NCBI GenBank assembly: GCA_025558095.1
Contig: JAIVFI010000003.1
Coordinates: 1,054,001-1,118,000, forward strand
Direction: 5' to 3'
Length of the DNA stretch: 64,000 nt
Source: Hyaloraphidium curvatum SAG 235-1
Taxonomy: Eukaryota > Fungi > Monoblepharomycota
Each line of letters starts with the position of its first letter. The stretch's first letter is position 1. Positions 1-11,161 of this stretch are shown here, piece after piece. The notes under the pieces are model-generated. The model made no database searches, had not been told where the DNA came from, and saw nothing but the letters and a program-made list of their open reading frames with translations. The translations under genes were made by a program, and so were the position numbers.

Positions 1-558
1 GTGCCGCACCCCTCCGAGCCCGGGGGGGTGCTGCAGCTGCTGATCACCGCGGCGTCGACGGGCATCGTGCACGTGCGCGCGCTGCCCGTGGAGGGCGGCG
101 AGCCGGCCCCGCTGGCCGCGTATCCGACCCGGTTCAGGCCGACGTGCATGGTTGCGGGCGTCGCGGGGGCGAAGCCGATCGAGGTGCCCGTGGTGGGCGC
201 GGAGGAGAAGAAGAGCAAGAGGGAGGAGAAGAGGGAGATGTGGGAGCGCAAGATGAAGGAGAGGGGGGCGGGGGGGAAGAGGAAGGCCGAAGAGGGGGCG
301 GAGGCGCCGGCCAATAAGCGGGCCGCGGGGGAGAAGCAGGGCCCGAAGGCTGCTCCGGCGGCACCGCAGGCCAAAGGGAAACCGACAAGCAAGCCGGCAA
401 AGGGCTCGGAAAAGGACTCGGTGCCACTTGCCGGCAAGAAGGAGGCGGGGAAGAAGCAGGCAAAGGGGCCGGGATCGGGCGCCTCCGGAGCCGCGAAAGC
501 CGGGCTGGCGGCGCCGCAGAAGCCCAAGCCCAAGGCAAAGATGTCGATCAGGTCATAG
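1..558 (+). CDS. 3' end of a probable Mak11/PAK1IP1-like WD40 ribosome biogenesis protein (5' part outside window)
   Basis: Last WD-blade-like segment LLITAASTGIVHV...TRFRPTCM followed by a long Lys/Glu/Ala-rich nucleolar-type tail; stop at 556-558. Confidence 0.5.
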   Translation: MPHPSEPGGVLQLLITAASTGIVHVRALPVEGGEPAPLAAYPTRFRPTCMVAGVAGAKPIEVPVVGAEEKKSKREEKREMWERKMKERGAGGKRKAEEGAEAPANKRAAGEKQGPKAAPAAPQAKGKPTSKPAKGSEKDSVPLAGKKEAGKKQAKGPGSGASGAAKAGLAAPQKPKPKAKMSIRS

Positions 559-726
559 TGATCGATTTCCAATACAATGAGGAGCCTTCAAGCTAGCTAG
601 CAAGACGAGTCGTGATTGATCCGCTGCGTGACATCGTCCCTGCCGGCCTGCTCCGCGCCTTGCTCCTGAACTCGCGTTCCGTTCCCCGCGCCCACCCCTC
701 CCGGCATCCGCCCGGCGCGCGCGGCG

Positions 727-2688
727 ATGGTCAACTCGCCGGCATCGCCCGCGACGCCGCCCGACTCGGCGGTGGCGGCGTCGCCCCAGCTGGGCGCCAT
801 CGCGGCCGACGCGGGCGGCGGCGACTCGCCGCAGATCAACGGCCGCCGCTTCTCCGTCTTCTCCAAGGAGACGCTGCTGCCCGCGCTGGTGCGAAGCGTG
901 CCGCCGCCGCGGAGGGCGGTTCTGACGTGTTCCGTCGCGGTGCCTGTCCCCCGCCACCGCACCCGGACTGCCACGCGTTGCAGCGCGGACGGATAAAGGG
1001 CGCTGTGCTGCCGCCGCATACGAAGGGGTACGCTGCGATCGTTCATCGCCCCTGGAAAATTGCCCTGACCGTCGCTGGCTCAGCTACGAGGAGTCCCTGC
1101 TCATCTACAACGGCGCCGTCACCGCCAAGCCGGCCGTCGTGATCCGCCCCTACGACTCGAACGATGTGGCCAGGTGCGTCTCGGCGCCCTACTTTCAACA
1201 CACACGGGCATGTTGCTCATCCTGCTTGCCCCTCAGCGCCGTCCGCGTGGCCAAGGACTTCGGCCTCACCATCTCCGTCCGCTCCGGCGGCCACTCCGCC
1301 ACCGGCAAATCCATCCAGGGCCAGATCGTCCTCGACCTCTCCCGCACCATGAACGCCGTGTGGGTCCTCGAGCCCGACCCGACCCACCCGGACCCGTACG
1401 TGCGCTTCGACGGCGGCGCGCGCGTGGCAGACATCGACGAGATCATCGCGCGGAGGGGTTACGTGACCCCGCTGGGGACGTACCAGGGCATCGGCGTGGG
1501 GAGCGTGTTGGGCGGCGGGGTGGGGTACCTGAGCAGGCAGCTCGGGCTGAGCATCGACCAGGTGGTCGAGGCCGAGGTGGTCACCTCCGAGGGGCAGATC
1601 ATCGTGTGCAGCGCAAAGGACAACCCAGGTGGGTTGGGCGTTGCCGCCTGCTGGAATGCTCGGTGTGCCAACCCCCATTTCCTCGGGCAGACCTGTTCTG
1701 GGGGATCCGCGGGGCCGGATCCAACTTCGGCATCGTCACCTCGGTCGTCATGAAGCTCCGCAAGCTGCGCTCCGTCTACTCGGGCATGGTCATCTACCCC
1801 ATGCAGACGGTGGAGAGCGCCAAGGACTCGCTGGCCAAGTGGGCGAGGTTCATGGGGCCCAGCACGCCGGACCAATTCACGACGAGCGCCAAGCTGGGCT
1901 GCGACGCGCACGGGGCGCCGGTGATCCTGTTCAGCTTCTGCTACGCGGGAAGCGAGGTGCGTGGCCGCGCTGGGGCCGCTTTTCTTGAGCTGATCCGTCT
2001 CCTGGCCGTGTTCAGGAGGAAGCCAAGGCGCTCATCGAGCCGTTCATGGTCTCGCTCCCCTTCAGCCCGATCATGAACTCGCTAAAGAGACGTGACTACA
2101 TCCAGCAGCAACGAAACGTCGGTCTTTCTTCATCTCATGGTCTGATCCTGTGGTGACCACCCATTTCCAGACGAGCCAATACCTCCCCCCCGCCGGCTAC
2201 CGCTGGGGCGTCCGCTCCGAGTACATCGACGAGCTCACCCCCACCCTGATCGGCGAGCTCGCCGAGTCCATCATCGGCATGCCCGAGCAGGCGCAGCGCA
2301 GCACCATCGACATCACCCTCCTCGGCGGCGCCGTGGCGCGCGTCGAGCCCGGCGACACGACGTGGTGGCACCGCAAGAGCCCGTACGAGGTGACCCTGAC
2401 GGCCAGCTGGAGCGAGGAGGAGGAGGACGCGGTCAACATGGACTGGCTCGTGAAGGTGGGCCTGGTGGAGCGCGGAGCGATGCTGTCGTGTTGACCTGGT
2501 CTCGGCAGACCAACGAAAAGGTGCGCAAGGTCGGCTCGGGCCCGTCGCCCAACGGCAACGACGCCATCTCGCCCGAGTCGATAAAGCGCTGCTACGGCGA
2601 CAACTACGCCAAGCTCCAGGAGCTCAAGAAAAAGTGGGACCCGGAGAACATGTTCCGGTTCAACGTGAACATCCCTCCGGCGCCTTGA
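727..2688 (+). CDS. FAD-linked oxidoreductase, berberine-bridge-enzyme-like (FAD_binding_4 + BBE), multi-exon
   Basis: Spliced motifs YEESLLIYNG..KPAVVIRP, VRSGGHS (covalent-FAD His), GGGVGYLSRQLGLSIDQV, DLFWGIRGAGSNFGIVT and C-terminal YGDNYAKLQELKKKWDPENMF; short GT-AG introns join the frames. Confidence 0.9.
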
Positions 2689-2799
2689 ACATAGCGGGAA
2701 ATTGTATGCTCGGACCACGTGGAAATGGGACTGCTGCCTCTTTCGTATCCTCGTGTTGTTGCTTTCTCTCTTGCGTCACGTCCCATTTGTCGTCAGGAA

Positions 2800-3513
2800 T
2801 CAAAGCGACCGGCTTCGCTGGAGGGGCGCCCCGTGCCCAATGGCTTCCGCACCAGATGCGGCCCTCATCTCCGCGTCCCTCTCCTCTTCCCACCCTCTCC
2901 GGAAGCTCGGATCCATCATCATTATTCCGCCCCACGCCGCGGCGTCCCCGAACCCGGCGGCCCACATGATCGCGCCCGCCTCCCGCTTGACCGCCTCGCC
3001 GTCCCCCGAGCCCCTCAAGAATGAGGTCAGCAGCAAAGCAGCGCAGCGGCTGTCATCCGGCAGCGAGCCACGGACCACCCTCGCAACGTCCGCGGGGCGT
3101 TCCCCAGGCATCGCGCCGCGCAGGTCCCCCAGCGCCCTGACGAGGCAAATCGAGACGCCCCCGGAGCGGCAGGTGCCCAGCGGCGCGCTCGTATAGAGTT
3201 CCGTCGACAGGGTCTTTGCCAAGAACACGCCCAGCTCCGTCCACGGCACGCCGGCCCTCCTCGCGGCGCCCAGCTTCGCGGCCAGGGACGCGTGGTCCCC
3301 CGCGACCGCGGCCCGCAGCAAGGAGCGGCAGAATTTGAAGGCGGCGTCGGGGGGCAGGGCTGCGCCCAGGGCGGGCCACCGCAGCGCGAACTCGGCGGAG
3401 CAGAGGCGGCGCAGGACGCGCGAGGCGCGGGACAGCGCGGAGAGGGACCGCAGGGGGAGCGGCGGGAGGAGGTGCAGCGCCAGCAAGTCCGCGGGCAGTG
3501 CAGAGAACGACAT
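2800..3513 (-). CDS. F-box-like protein, single exon
   Basis: N-terminus FSALPADLLALHLLPPLPLRSLSALSRASRVLRRLC fits the F-box pattern; the rest is unrecognised. Confidence 0.6.
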   Translation of the reverse strand: MSFSALPADLLALHLLPPLPLRSLSALSRASRVLRRLCSAEFALRWPALGAALPPDAAFKFCRSLLRAAVAGDHASLAAKLGAARRAGVPWTELGVFLAKTLSTELYTSAPLGTCRSGGVSICLVRALGDLRGAMPGERPADVARVVRGSLPDDSRCAALLLTSFLRGSGDGEAVKREAGAIMWAAGFGDAAAWGGIMMMDPSFRRGWEEERDAEMRAASGAEAIGHGAPLQRSRSL

Positions 3514-3803
3514 TTCTGTCGCGACTGCAGGGTCGGAGACAACTGTTTTCGGCGCTCGAGCTGGTCACGCGGCACCGGAATCCGGGTCGCTCGAGCGGGA
3601 GGCGCCGCAGTTCGATCACGCCCGTGCACTGTCCCCCTCGGCCAGCCCATCTAGGGCTTCGATCAGCACCGTTCGAGGCCGAAAGCAAACTCTAGATCAA
3701 GATATACACGTGATCGTTCCTGCGATGCACAGGATCTAGGCGCCCGAGGCGCATGGGGCCATATAGCCCCTAGATCCGACAGAGGATCCTCGAGATGGGT
3801 CCA

Positions 3804-4866
3804 TCAGTTCCACGTCGTCGGATCCCAGCCTGCCACGAGCAGCGTAGTGAGAACCGTGCCCGAGGGTTCAGTGAAGAAGATGCCGAACCCACCGACGTTG
3901 CCGCCAGAGTCCCATTTGGCCATCTCGTCGAGATCATCCTTGTCCAGCTTGAAATCAAACACGTCCGCGTTGGACAGGATGCGGTCCTGGTGGACCGACT
4001 TGGGCAGCACGATGTAGCTGCGTCCGACGCATCAGCCAATCGGCCAGCTCCCTTGCCCGAATCACTCACTTGTGGTCGATCGCCCATCGCAGCAGCACCT
4101 GCGCCGGCGTCTTGCCGTGCTTCTCCGCGATCTTCTGCAGCCTCGGATCCCCGAACTTCTGCCCCCTCGTGATGGATCCCCACGGCTCCACCGCGATCCC
4201 GCGCTTCTGGCACTCGGCAACGATCTCCCTGCGCTGCAGGAAGGGGTGCAGCTCGAGCTGGTTGACGGCGGGTTTGACGGTGGCGTACGCGTCCATCTCC
4301 TTAATGTGCTTGACACCGTAGTTGGAGATGCCGATGGACTTGACCAGGCCGTCCTTCTGGAGCTGCTCCATCGCCCGCCAGGTGTCCTTCCTAGTACCCT
4401 CCTGCGACTTAATGAGCAACACGTCCACCAAAGGTCACCGGAAGATCCCACCTGGGGCGAGTGGATCAGGTAGAGGTCAATGTAGTCCGTCCCCAGCCTC
4501 TTCAGCGAGTCCTTGCACGCCTTGATGGTCTGATTGTACCCCTGGCTCGAGTTCCAGACCTTGCCGGCCGTCAGACCCCTCCACGTCACCCCCGCGAGCC
4601 CGCACCTTGGACGTGATGTACACCTCGCTCCGCGGCACCCCGCTGTCCACCACCGCCTTCCCGACCTCCTTCTCGTTCCCGTACAGCTCCGCCGTGTCGA
4701 TGTGGCGATACCCGGCCTCGAGCGCCCACTTCACGGCCTGATAGCATTCCTTCCCCTTTGCCTGGTACACCCCGAGACCGAGGATGGGGATCTCGTGGCC
4801 GTCGTTGAACTTGACCTTTGGGCAGGCCAGGAGGCGGGCCTTGGCGCCGTCGGTCGCGGTGGACAT
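3804..4866 (-). CDS. Aldo/keto reductase, multi-exon
   Basis: [29 protein letters not shown]|[39 protein letters not shown] motifs. ATG at 4866 (MSTATDGAK). Confidence 0.93.
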
Positions 4867-5201
4867 GGCGCGGTAGGCCCAGGCGGCGGCGAAGACCACG
4901 GCGAGGCGGGAGAGGCTGGCGACGGTCGTGGCGGCGGCGGGGAGGGAGAAGAGGGAGTAGGTGCTTGTTTGAACAAATAGTAGAGCGGAGACCGCTCTCT
5001 ACTAGGAGAAGGAGCGCTTTGGTAATCGTGATGTTGACCGCGAGCACGCGGATCGCGTCCGCAGCAGCCTCGGATTCGATTCTTGTCTCCATCCCAGGGA
5101 AGGCGCCAAAGATGCCCAGACGACGCTATTGAAACGCGTTTCTTTCTGTCGCATGCCCGATTCCGCATTCTCTGCCCCGATTCGCGCGATTTCCCTCCCC
5201 C

Positions 5202-6296
5202 ATGCCCGCGGACGCCGCGGGAGACAGCCTGCCCATCCGTCTCCCCCCGAACCCCCTCTACCGTGTCCAGCCCCGGTGCGACCTGCCTCCTTCCGACCAT
5301 CTCGCTAAGGGTGGTTCGCTCCGGCTTGCTTTGGCCCTGGTCAACGAGATCGGGCTAGCGCGGAGGAGCGATTTCGCGCGGTTCGAGACCGATGAGGGCC
5401 GGACGTGGCTTCAATGCTCCGCGGTCATTGCCGCTGGCAGCGACGAGGTGCTTTTGGATGCGGAGCGGGCGCCGCTGGGATCCGACGGGAAGTCGGAGGT
5501 TCGGGTCGCTCTCCAGGGCGCGCAACAGGCGAAGGGGTTCTTCCTCAAGATCGCTGCCGTCGACGCGGAGGACCAAGAGAGGAATGACATTGTTCCCCTG
5601 GTTCTCGGCCCGTTTGTGGGCCCCGGAGACCCGAGCTCGGACGCCGCGCCGGGCATCGTGGACGTTTTCCGGCCTGTGGACCTGCCACCAGGCGCAACGG
5701 GCCCCTTTCTGGACGGTTCCAGACACATGCTGCTCCTGCAGGAGGAATGGGGCGGCGGGATTCCCGCCAAGGCGTGGGATTCAGCCTTTGCGATCGCCGA
5801 GCACCTCCGTCGCCGGCCCGACCTCCTTTCTGGACAGGAACGGCTGCTGGACCTGTCGAGCGGGAACGCGCTGCTAGGCCTCCTCGTCTCGCGGCTTGCG
5901 CCGGGGAAGGAAGTGTTCGTCACGGACCTCCCCGAAGCGCTGGACCTACCCAGGTTGAATGCGGAGAGGAACGGTGGGGGCGTCGAGGTCCGCGGACTCG
6001 ATTGGTACGCGCCGGCCGACTCGGGGATCGGACCGCGCTCGGTGGGATTCGCCATTCTGTCGGACCTGCTGTACGAGAACGAGCATTTCCCGGCGCTGCT
6101 GGGCGCCCTCGACTACTTGATCCGCGACGGAGGACGGATTCTCGTGGGCTACAAGAGGCGGGGGTTAACCGAGGTTGAAGAGAGCGAGTTTTGGGAGTCT
6201 TTGGGCAAGGGGTTCGCGGAAGTGGTAGACGAACGGGAGCTGGATCCGCCCGGCATGGAAGGCAGCGGCGTGGAACTCAGGCTCTTTCAACGATAG
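5202..6296 (+). CDS. METTL21/Methyltransf_16-family protein lysine methyltransferase with an N-terminal extra domain
   Basis: GIPAKAWDSA, motif I variant LLDLSSGNALLGL, VFVTDLPE, LDW, ILSDLLY (DxxY), YKRR. Confidence 0.8.
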   Translation: MPADAAGDSLPIRLPPNPLYRVQPRCDLPPSDHLAKGGSLRLALALVNEIGLARRSDFARFETDEGRTWLQCSAVIAAGSDEVLLDAERAPLGSDGKSEVRVALQGAQQAKGFFLKIAAVDAEDQERNDIVPLVLGPFVGPGDPSSDAAPGIVDVFRPVDLPPGATGPFLDGSRHMLLLQEEWGGGIPAKAWDSAFAIAEHLRRRPDLLSGQERLLDLSSGNALLGLLVSRLAPGKEVFVTDLPEALDLPRLNAERNGGGVEVRGLDWYAPADSGIGPRSVGFAILSDLLYENEHFPALLGALDYLIRDGGRILVGYKRRGLTEVEESEFWESLGKGFAEVVDERELDPPGMEGSGVELRLFQR

Positions 6297-6315
6297 ATCC
6301 ATTCACAAGATTCGT

Positions 6316-6894
6316 TCACTGCACCCTCGTCTTGTTGTACCGCGGCAGAACGTCCCGCAACAGTTCGATGTGCCGCAGATGGAGGGGCGTCGAGGGGATC
6401 GAGAGCGCCGTCGCCGACTGCAGATGCTGCTTCTGCTCGCCGCCGGCAATGAAGACAACAGTCCCGTCCACCAGCTCGCCCTCGGCACATGCCATGGGCG
6501 TCACCACCACCCGGTTCCCAAGTTTCGCCCCCGCAGCGACCTTTGCTCTCGGCTCGATTGTGCAGCCGTTCCCCATTGAGCCCTCCACGGAGCAACCAAT
6601 CTCCAGTAGGTTCTCGCTGCCGATAACCAGCGTCCCTGGGCCCCGGTTGACAACATGCACTCGGTCCTCGAAGATGTTGCTGTCCCCGACCACTATCGGC
6701 CCGCCCGACGCGTCCAGCCGGACGTGGTGGTGGAACACGTTGTTCTTTCCCAGCTTCACGTCGCCCGTGAAGGAACAAGATTCGCAGATGAGGCTCAGGG
6801 AGGGGTCGCGCGTCGGCGGGGGCGCGGCGGAGGAGGGTGCCGCGTCCGGGGCGGCAGAGGCCGCAAGGGGCGCTGCCGGTGCCGGCTGCGCCAT
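6316..6894 (-). CDS. DCTN6: Dynactin subunit p27 (left-handed beta-helix)
   Basis: LICESCSFTGDVKLG...HHHVRLDASGGPIVVGDSNIFED...LVIGSENLLEIGCSVEG and C-terminal HIELLRDVLPRYN match dynactin p27. Confidence 0.8.
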   Translation of the reverse strand: MAQPAPAAPLAASAAPDAAPSSAAPPPTRDPSLSLICESCSFTGDVKLGKNNVFHHHVRLDASGGPIVVGDSNIFEDRVHVVNRGPGTLVIGSENLLEIGCSVEGSMGNGCTIEPRAKVAAGAKLGNRVVVTPMACAEGELVDGTVVFIAGGEQKQHLQSATALSIPSTPLHLRHIELLRDVLPRYNKTRVQ

Positions 6895-7133
6895 ATTCGA
6901 ATGTTTTCAGACACGAATGCTTTATTCAAGACGCGAGGCGGCAGTCCAGTAGCCGCGGAGGGTGGGCAACCTCATGCAACGCGATTTCGGAGAGTCGCCG
7001 CCGCGAAACTTTCAACGACCTCCCAATTCCGCCGGGACCTGGCAGCCATGCGCCCGCGGTGAAAAGCGGCGGTGCAAGCTACTCGGAATATCGTTTCTGC
7101 CGCGATATTGGACGCTCCCGCGTGGTCGCGACA

Positions 7134-10100
7134 ATGACGGAAGCCCCCATGTCCCTCTCCCTCCTGTGAGCTTCCCTGCAGCCATCTGCACCGAATCCCG
7201 GCTAACAACCCCATTCACCCATTCACAGCCATGTATTCGGCCTGAACAGCCAGGTTCCGCCGGGGATTTCGCTCCTGGCGGAGGACCAGGTCGTCGTGTA
7301 CCCGGCGGGCTCCCGACTCGTATTCAGCGAGCTCGAGACCAAGACGCAGACCTTCATTGAGCTGCCGAATCCCATATCGGCTTTTGCGGTCGACGGACGG
7401 AAGAAGTTTGTGGCGGTTGCGGAGCGGACGGCGGAGAAGCCTTCCATTACGGTCTACGACGTCGCGACGCGAAAGGTCCGCAAGACCTTTCTGCTGCCCG
7501 CCGACTCCGGCGACGCCAAGGAGTTCGTCTCGGTTGCCATATCGCCGGATGGCAAGCACGTGGTTGGGCAGCTGGCCGCCCCGGACTGGACTCTTTACCT
7601 CTGGCAGTGGGACAAGCCGCGGCCCGTCGCGAGCTTCGTCTCCTCCAAGAAGTCGCGGTCGCGCCAGTCGAGCATGCTCAAAGAAGGACCGCCCAGCGGG
7701 GAGCTCGACGGATCCTCCACGGTGTCGGGCAGCGGACTCGCTCCCAACGCTTCCCAACGAGGCTCATTCATGGGAAGCTCGCTCTCCTTCGGATCCAATG
7801 CCTCAAGGGTCAACGAAGCCCCTCCCGTCTACCAGGTCAGCTTCCACCCGACGGATCCCTTGAGAGTGGTCGTCGTCGGGCTCGGCGTGCTCCACCTCTT
7901 GCGCATTGGGGACACGCAGCTCGAGAGCGTCGCCGCGCCACTGACGCGCTCGACGGCCTTGAAGCGGACCGACATTACCGCCCACACCTGGACGTCGGAT
8001 GGCGCCTGGCTCGTCGTCGGCACGTCCGACGGCAGGGTTATTGCCTACACGGTGGACGGAGAGCTGGTCGGGGAGAGCGTGCATCTTGGCGGAACTCCTC
8101 CGACCCCTCGTGGAGTGCGGTCCCTCGTGCCTTGGTCACGCGGTGTCGTAGGCGGCGGGGACTTCGGCTCCATTGTTGTTTTCGAGCGCCTCGATCTCGG
8201 AGCTGCTTCTATCGAAGCAGTGGAAAAGGCCGCGGACGCGAGCGCGGCTCCGAGCAAAGCCGGTGCGAGCCAGGCGGCTTCGGTGGTGAACAGCCGCCCT
8301 GGTTCACCTGCAGCATCGCCGAAACCAAAGCCGGGAAACCTGGCGCCCATTTTCCGTCGGATGAAGACCATGAACCCGGGCGGCGAGGACGTCGAGCACG
8401 TGTTGGGCCTGGCGATGACCTCAACGGAGGACTACCTCTTGGCCAGCACCGACACGAAGCAGGTCTACCGCCTCTCGCTCATGGACCGGGTGGTCGATTC
8501 CTCGGAAAGGTCGCAGCACCCGTTGGAGGCCTTCCACCGCGGCCCGATCACCAGTCTGGACGTCTGCGTCCGCCGGCCGCTTGTCGCCACGTCGGGACCG
8601 GACAAGACCGTGCGAATCTGGAACTACGTCGACAAGACGATCGAAGTGTCGCGGCAGTTCATGGACGATCCCTACAGCTTGGCCCTCCATCCAAGCGGCC
8701 TGTACATCCTCGTCGGCTTCCCCGACAAGCTCCGCCTGATGAGCGTCGTCATCGACGACCTCCGGATGTACGAGGAGATCCCTCTGCGGGGCTGCCGCGA
8801 GTGCCAGTTCTCCAACGGGGGCCATCTTTTCGCTGCAGTGCAGGGCACGTCGGTCCACGTGTACAAGACATGGACGTACGAGCTGGTGGCCAGCTTCAGG
8901 GAGCACAACGGCAAGATCAAGAGCATCCAGTGGTCTGACGACGACTCGCACCTCGTCTCTGCCGGATTCGATGGCTCCGTGTTCATCTGGAACTGGTCCA
9001 GCGGGGCCAAAGAGTTTGAGAGCACAGTCAAGACGACAATGTACGGCTGCGCATGGCCGTCGCGGGACCGCAGCATCCTTTGGGCTTCGGGATACGGCGA
9101 CAAGTCGCTGCGCGAGTGGGCAGGAGCGGCGGCCAGCCCCAGGGACTGGACGCTGGATGCCAACGTCACCTCGATGTCCACCTCGGCCGACGGGCGTTCC
9201 CTCTTCCTCGGCCTGTCGAACGGGACTGTGTGCGTGGCCCCGCTTCCTCTGTCGTCTTCTGCATCGGGTGGGCTGGTGGTGACGAAGCACAAGGTGTCGC
9301 ACGCCGCGGTCACCAAGATCCGTGTTTCGCCCGACGGGCGGGAGCTCTTTGCCACCTCGGACGACGGCGGGCTGTACATCTACAGCTGCGCTGCCGCGGT
9401 GGTGGGCACCAGCGGCACCGGGGCAGCTCCCGTGGATCCGGAGCTCGGCCGCATCTTTCCGGACGAGGTCCTGACCACCAAGTCCGACCTCGAGGAGCGG
9501 CTGCAGGAGATGCGTGATCTCGAGACGCGGATCCAGGAGATGAAGTCGGAGCACGACTACCAGCTCAAGATGAAGGAGATGCAGCACAAGGAGAACATGC
9601 GGTCCGCGACCGAGAGCCTGAGCAAGGAGATCGAGAGGCTGGCGGCGTCCACTTCGGCCGTGACCCTTGAGCTGCAGCGGACCAAGGATGCGCATTCGGC
9701 GACGGTTGCGGGGATGATCGCGACGCACGCGCAGGAGCTGCAGAAGATGGAGGACGAGTACACCAAGAAGCTCCTGTCGGAGTTCGACAGGGTTGATTCC
9801 CTCGGAACCAACCTTTCCCGCGACCGCACCGAGTTCGAGATGAGGCTTCAGGCCGCGTCGGATGCCCACAAGGATGCCGTGGAGAAGATGGAAGCGAACG
9901 AAAGGCTGAAGATGGCCGCAAGGCAGCGCGAATACGACTCGCTCAAGGCGGAAATGGACGCCCGGATCCGGGAGGCCGCGGAAGTGCTCGACCAAACAAA
10001 GAACCGAATGAATGTGGAGCTCGCGGAGCAGAAGCAGAAGTACGATGCCCTCCTCCTTGCAGAGCGCAACACCATCATCAGCCTCAAGGCCGACAACGGG

Positions 10101-11091
10101 ATCCTGAGGAAGAAGGCGCAGGGGTCCCAGACCGAGATCGAGGCGCACAAGGCCGAGGTAGTCAAGAAGGTCGAAGAGATCAAGCGCCTGCAGGGCGTCA
10201 TCAAGGGGCTGGAGCGCGACATTGTCGCTCTCAACCGGGAGGTGGGTCTTCGCTTACTGATTTGAAGACACTCCGATTGAGGGGCAATTCGCTGCAGATA
10301 CGAGAACGAGACGATACGATCCAGGACAAGGACCGGCACATCTACGACGTCAAGAAGAAGAACCAGGAGCTGGAAAAGTTCAAGTTCGTCCTCGACTACA
10401 AGATCCGCGAGCTTCGGGAGCAGATCGAGCCAAAGGACCAGGAGCTCGAGGACCTTCAGGCCAGGAACCGCGACCTGGACATGCAGCTCCAGCAGGCGAG
10501 CAAGATGACGTACGACCTGGACGGCACCATCCTGGAGATGAAGATGAAGGCCAAGGCGCTGGAGAAGGAGCTCGCGGCGACCAAGGCGGAGCTCGGGAGC
10601 AAAGAGACGGCGCTGACGCGGATCCGCTTCGACGTCGCGCAGTGCGCCAGGTTCCTCGAACTTCCGCAGGAACTCAGGGTGCGTGGAGGAGCGATTGACC
10701 TCACAAAAAGGCCAACTCACCTTCCTCCTAGACACATGCAATCGCAATCTACCGAAAGTATTGCTCCGAAGAGGCCGTTGAAGTTGAACCAAGACAATCG
10801 CGTGCCGAGGGCGATCCCGGAATGGTCGGCGAAAGAGGGGAAACCACGACAGCGGAGCAGGCGGCCCAGCACCAGCGGGTGCTCGCGGAGCTGCGGAGCC
10901 AGCTCGAGAAGGAGCGATCCAAGGCAAAGGCGGAGGCGGCGAAGATGGTCAGGGAGAACCTGAAGCTGATCGAGTAAGCACGCCTCCTCCGAACCGCTAC
11001 CACCCCAATTTTGACTTGCCATATTGCTTCCAGCGAAATCAAGGTCCTTAAGACTGAGCTAGACTCGCGCAGGGGAGCGAAGAAGGTGTAG
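7134..11091 (+). CDS. CFAP57: Cilia/flagella-associated protein 57 (WDR65), WD40 + coiled coil, multi-exon
   Basis: After a first intron HVFGLN..VVVYPAG; FHRGPITSLDVCVRRPLVATSGPDKTVRIWNY; LHPSGLYILVGFPDKLRLM; ERDDTIQDKDRHIYDVKKKNQELEKFKFVLDYKIREL; spliced end MVRENLKLID-EIKVLKTEL; TAG at 11089-11091. Confidence 0.93.
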
Positions 11092-11161
11092 ATCGGAGGC
11101 GCCTGCGAAAGAGATTGCGGAGCGTCGGGCACGGGAACCGCCGCCGACAAACAGTCCCGCC

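Noticed and set aside
6960-6985. GGCAAC/TGCAAC half-sites as an RFX X-box upstream of CFAP57
   Set aside because: They do not form the palindromic GTNRCC-N(0-3)-RGYAAC arrangement.
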